Positions 63,431 through 64,000 of a stretch of 64,000 bases of DNA are shown piece after piece; the first letter of the stretch is position 1; each line of letters begins with the position of its first letter. The stretch lies in contig CM060733.1 in the NCBI GenBank assembly GCA_030704615.1, positions 47,926,001-47,990,000 on the forward strand, given 5' to 3'. A model generated the notes under the pieces. That model saw nothing but the letters and a program-made list of their open reading frames with translations. It was not told the origin of the DNA and made no database searches. Position numbers and translations under genes: made by a program. The stretch comes from Takakia lepidozioides (taxonomy: Eukaryota; Plantae; Bryophyta).

Positions 63431-64000
63431 ATGGAGATAGCAGACATCGATGCCACTGTTGGCTCTGAAGCAAATGCAAGTGGCGAAGGGAGCCAAAACT
63501 ATCTTCAGGTTGCTTGTGCTTTGCGGGATATGCTTGATGATCTGATTGCAGGTACCCGAGAAGCTCCAGGGTTAAGAAATATCCTTCAATTTGCAGCACA
63601 ACATGTAGTCATTTCAGAAAGTGATTATCCTTCCGGCAAAACCCTTGTGGGCACTGAAACAAGGGGGTTGAAAAGTGTTGCAGTGGAGGGACAAACCACA
63701 TGTGGAGATTCCTGTTCACAACATGCAGCGCCGATGAACCCCACCACTGTCTGGAGCGGTTTGCAAGCTGAGCTGTTGCAGCTTGTCTTTGCACGTCTGC
63801 CATTGCCTCAAATCAATCGCCTTCGATGTCTTTCGCGAGAATGGCGTAGGAACATAAATGCAAGAAACTCGGACTTCAAGTTGGTATGTGCAGATGCTTA
63901 TCCAAAGTTGTTTGCACTCGTCTCAGAAGATGACGACGTGAGTGGGCTCTTCTGGGTTAGAGTCTTCGATATCCAACGTAACACATGGCATGCCTTTCAA
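63431..64000 (+). CDS. F-box protein, running off the window end
   Basis: Open frame from ATG 63431 includes VWSGLQAELLQLVFARLPLPQINRLRCLSREWRR (F-box, from 63734); absent from the ORF track because no stop lies in the window. Confidence 0.85.
   Translation, partial: MEIADIDATVGSEANASGEGSQNYLQVACALRDMLDDLIAGTREAPGLRNILQFAAQHVVISESDYPSGKTLVGTETRGLKSVAVEGQTTCGDSCSQHAAPMNPTTVWSGLQAELLQLVFARLPLPQINRLRCLSREWRRNINARNSDFKLVCADAYPKLFALVSEDDDVSGLFWVRVFDIQRNTWHAFQ

Overview
Land-plant genomic DNA, inferred to be from a non-seed plant (intron-rich genes, Tcn1-like chromovirus, RNase H/RLE LINE). Host genes: an LRR receptor-like protein (389-3235) with a decayed tandem paralog (23.9-25.9 kb), a TPR+SET protein, AATF/BFR2, RTF1/VIP5, and an F-box gene running off the right end. 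The rest is nested transposons. The standout is a Ty3/Gypsy element (element A, 9164-19427 on - and 20709-21709 on +, split by an inversion). It carries a complete DNMT3-like C5-cytosine methyltransferase between protease and RT, and a PHD finger after integrase. Its ends are not two ordinary LTRs but split direct repeats (Y...PPT-X-Y-X) with a palindromic internal junction GACA-GC-TGTC and a 4-bp TSD (ACCC). This layout is what integration of a circular 2-LTR intermediate through an internal att site would give (inference). Also present: a 3-LTR chromovirus with a self-priming signature and a non-autonomous CACTA, both nested in a LINE; three tRNA-derived SINEs; and a second small inversion bounded by hAT-like ends. 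Everything was read by eye; exon boundaries are approximate and no database search was run.
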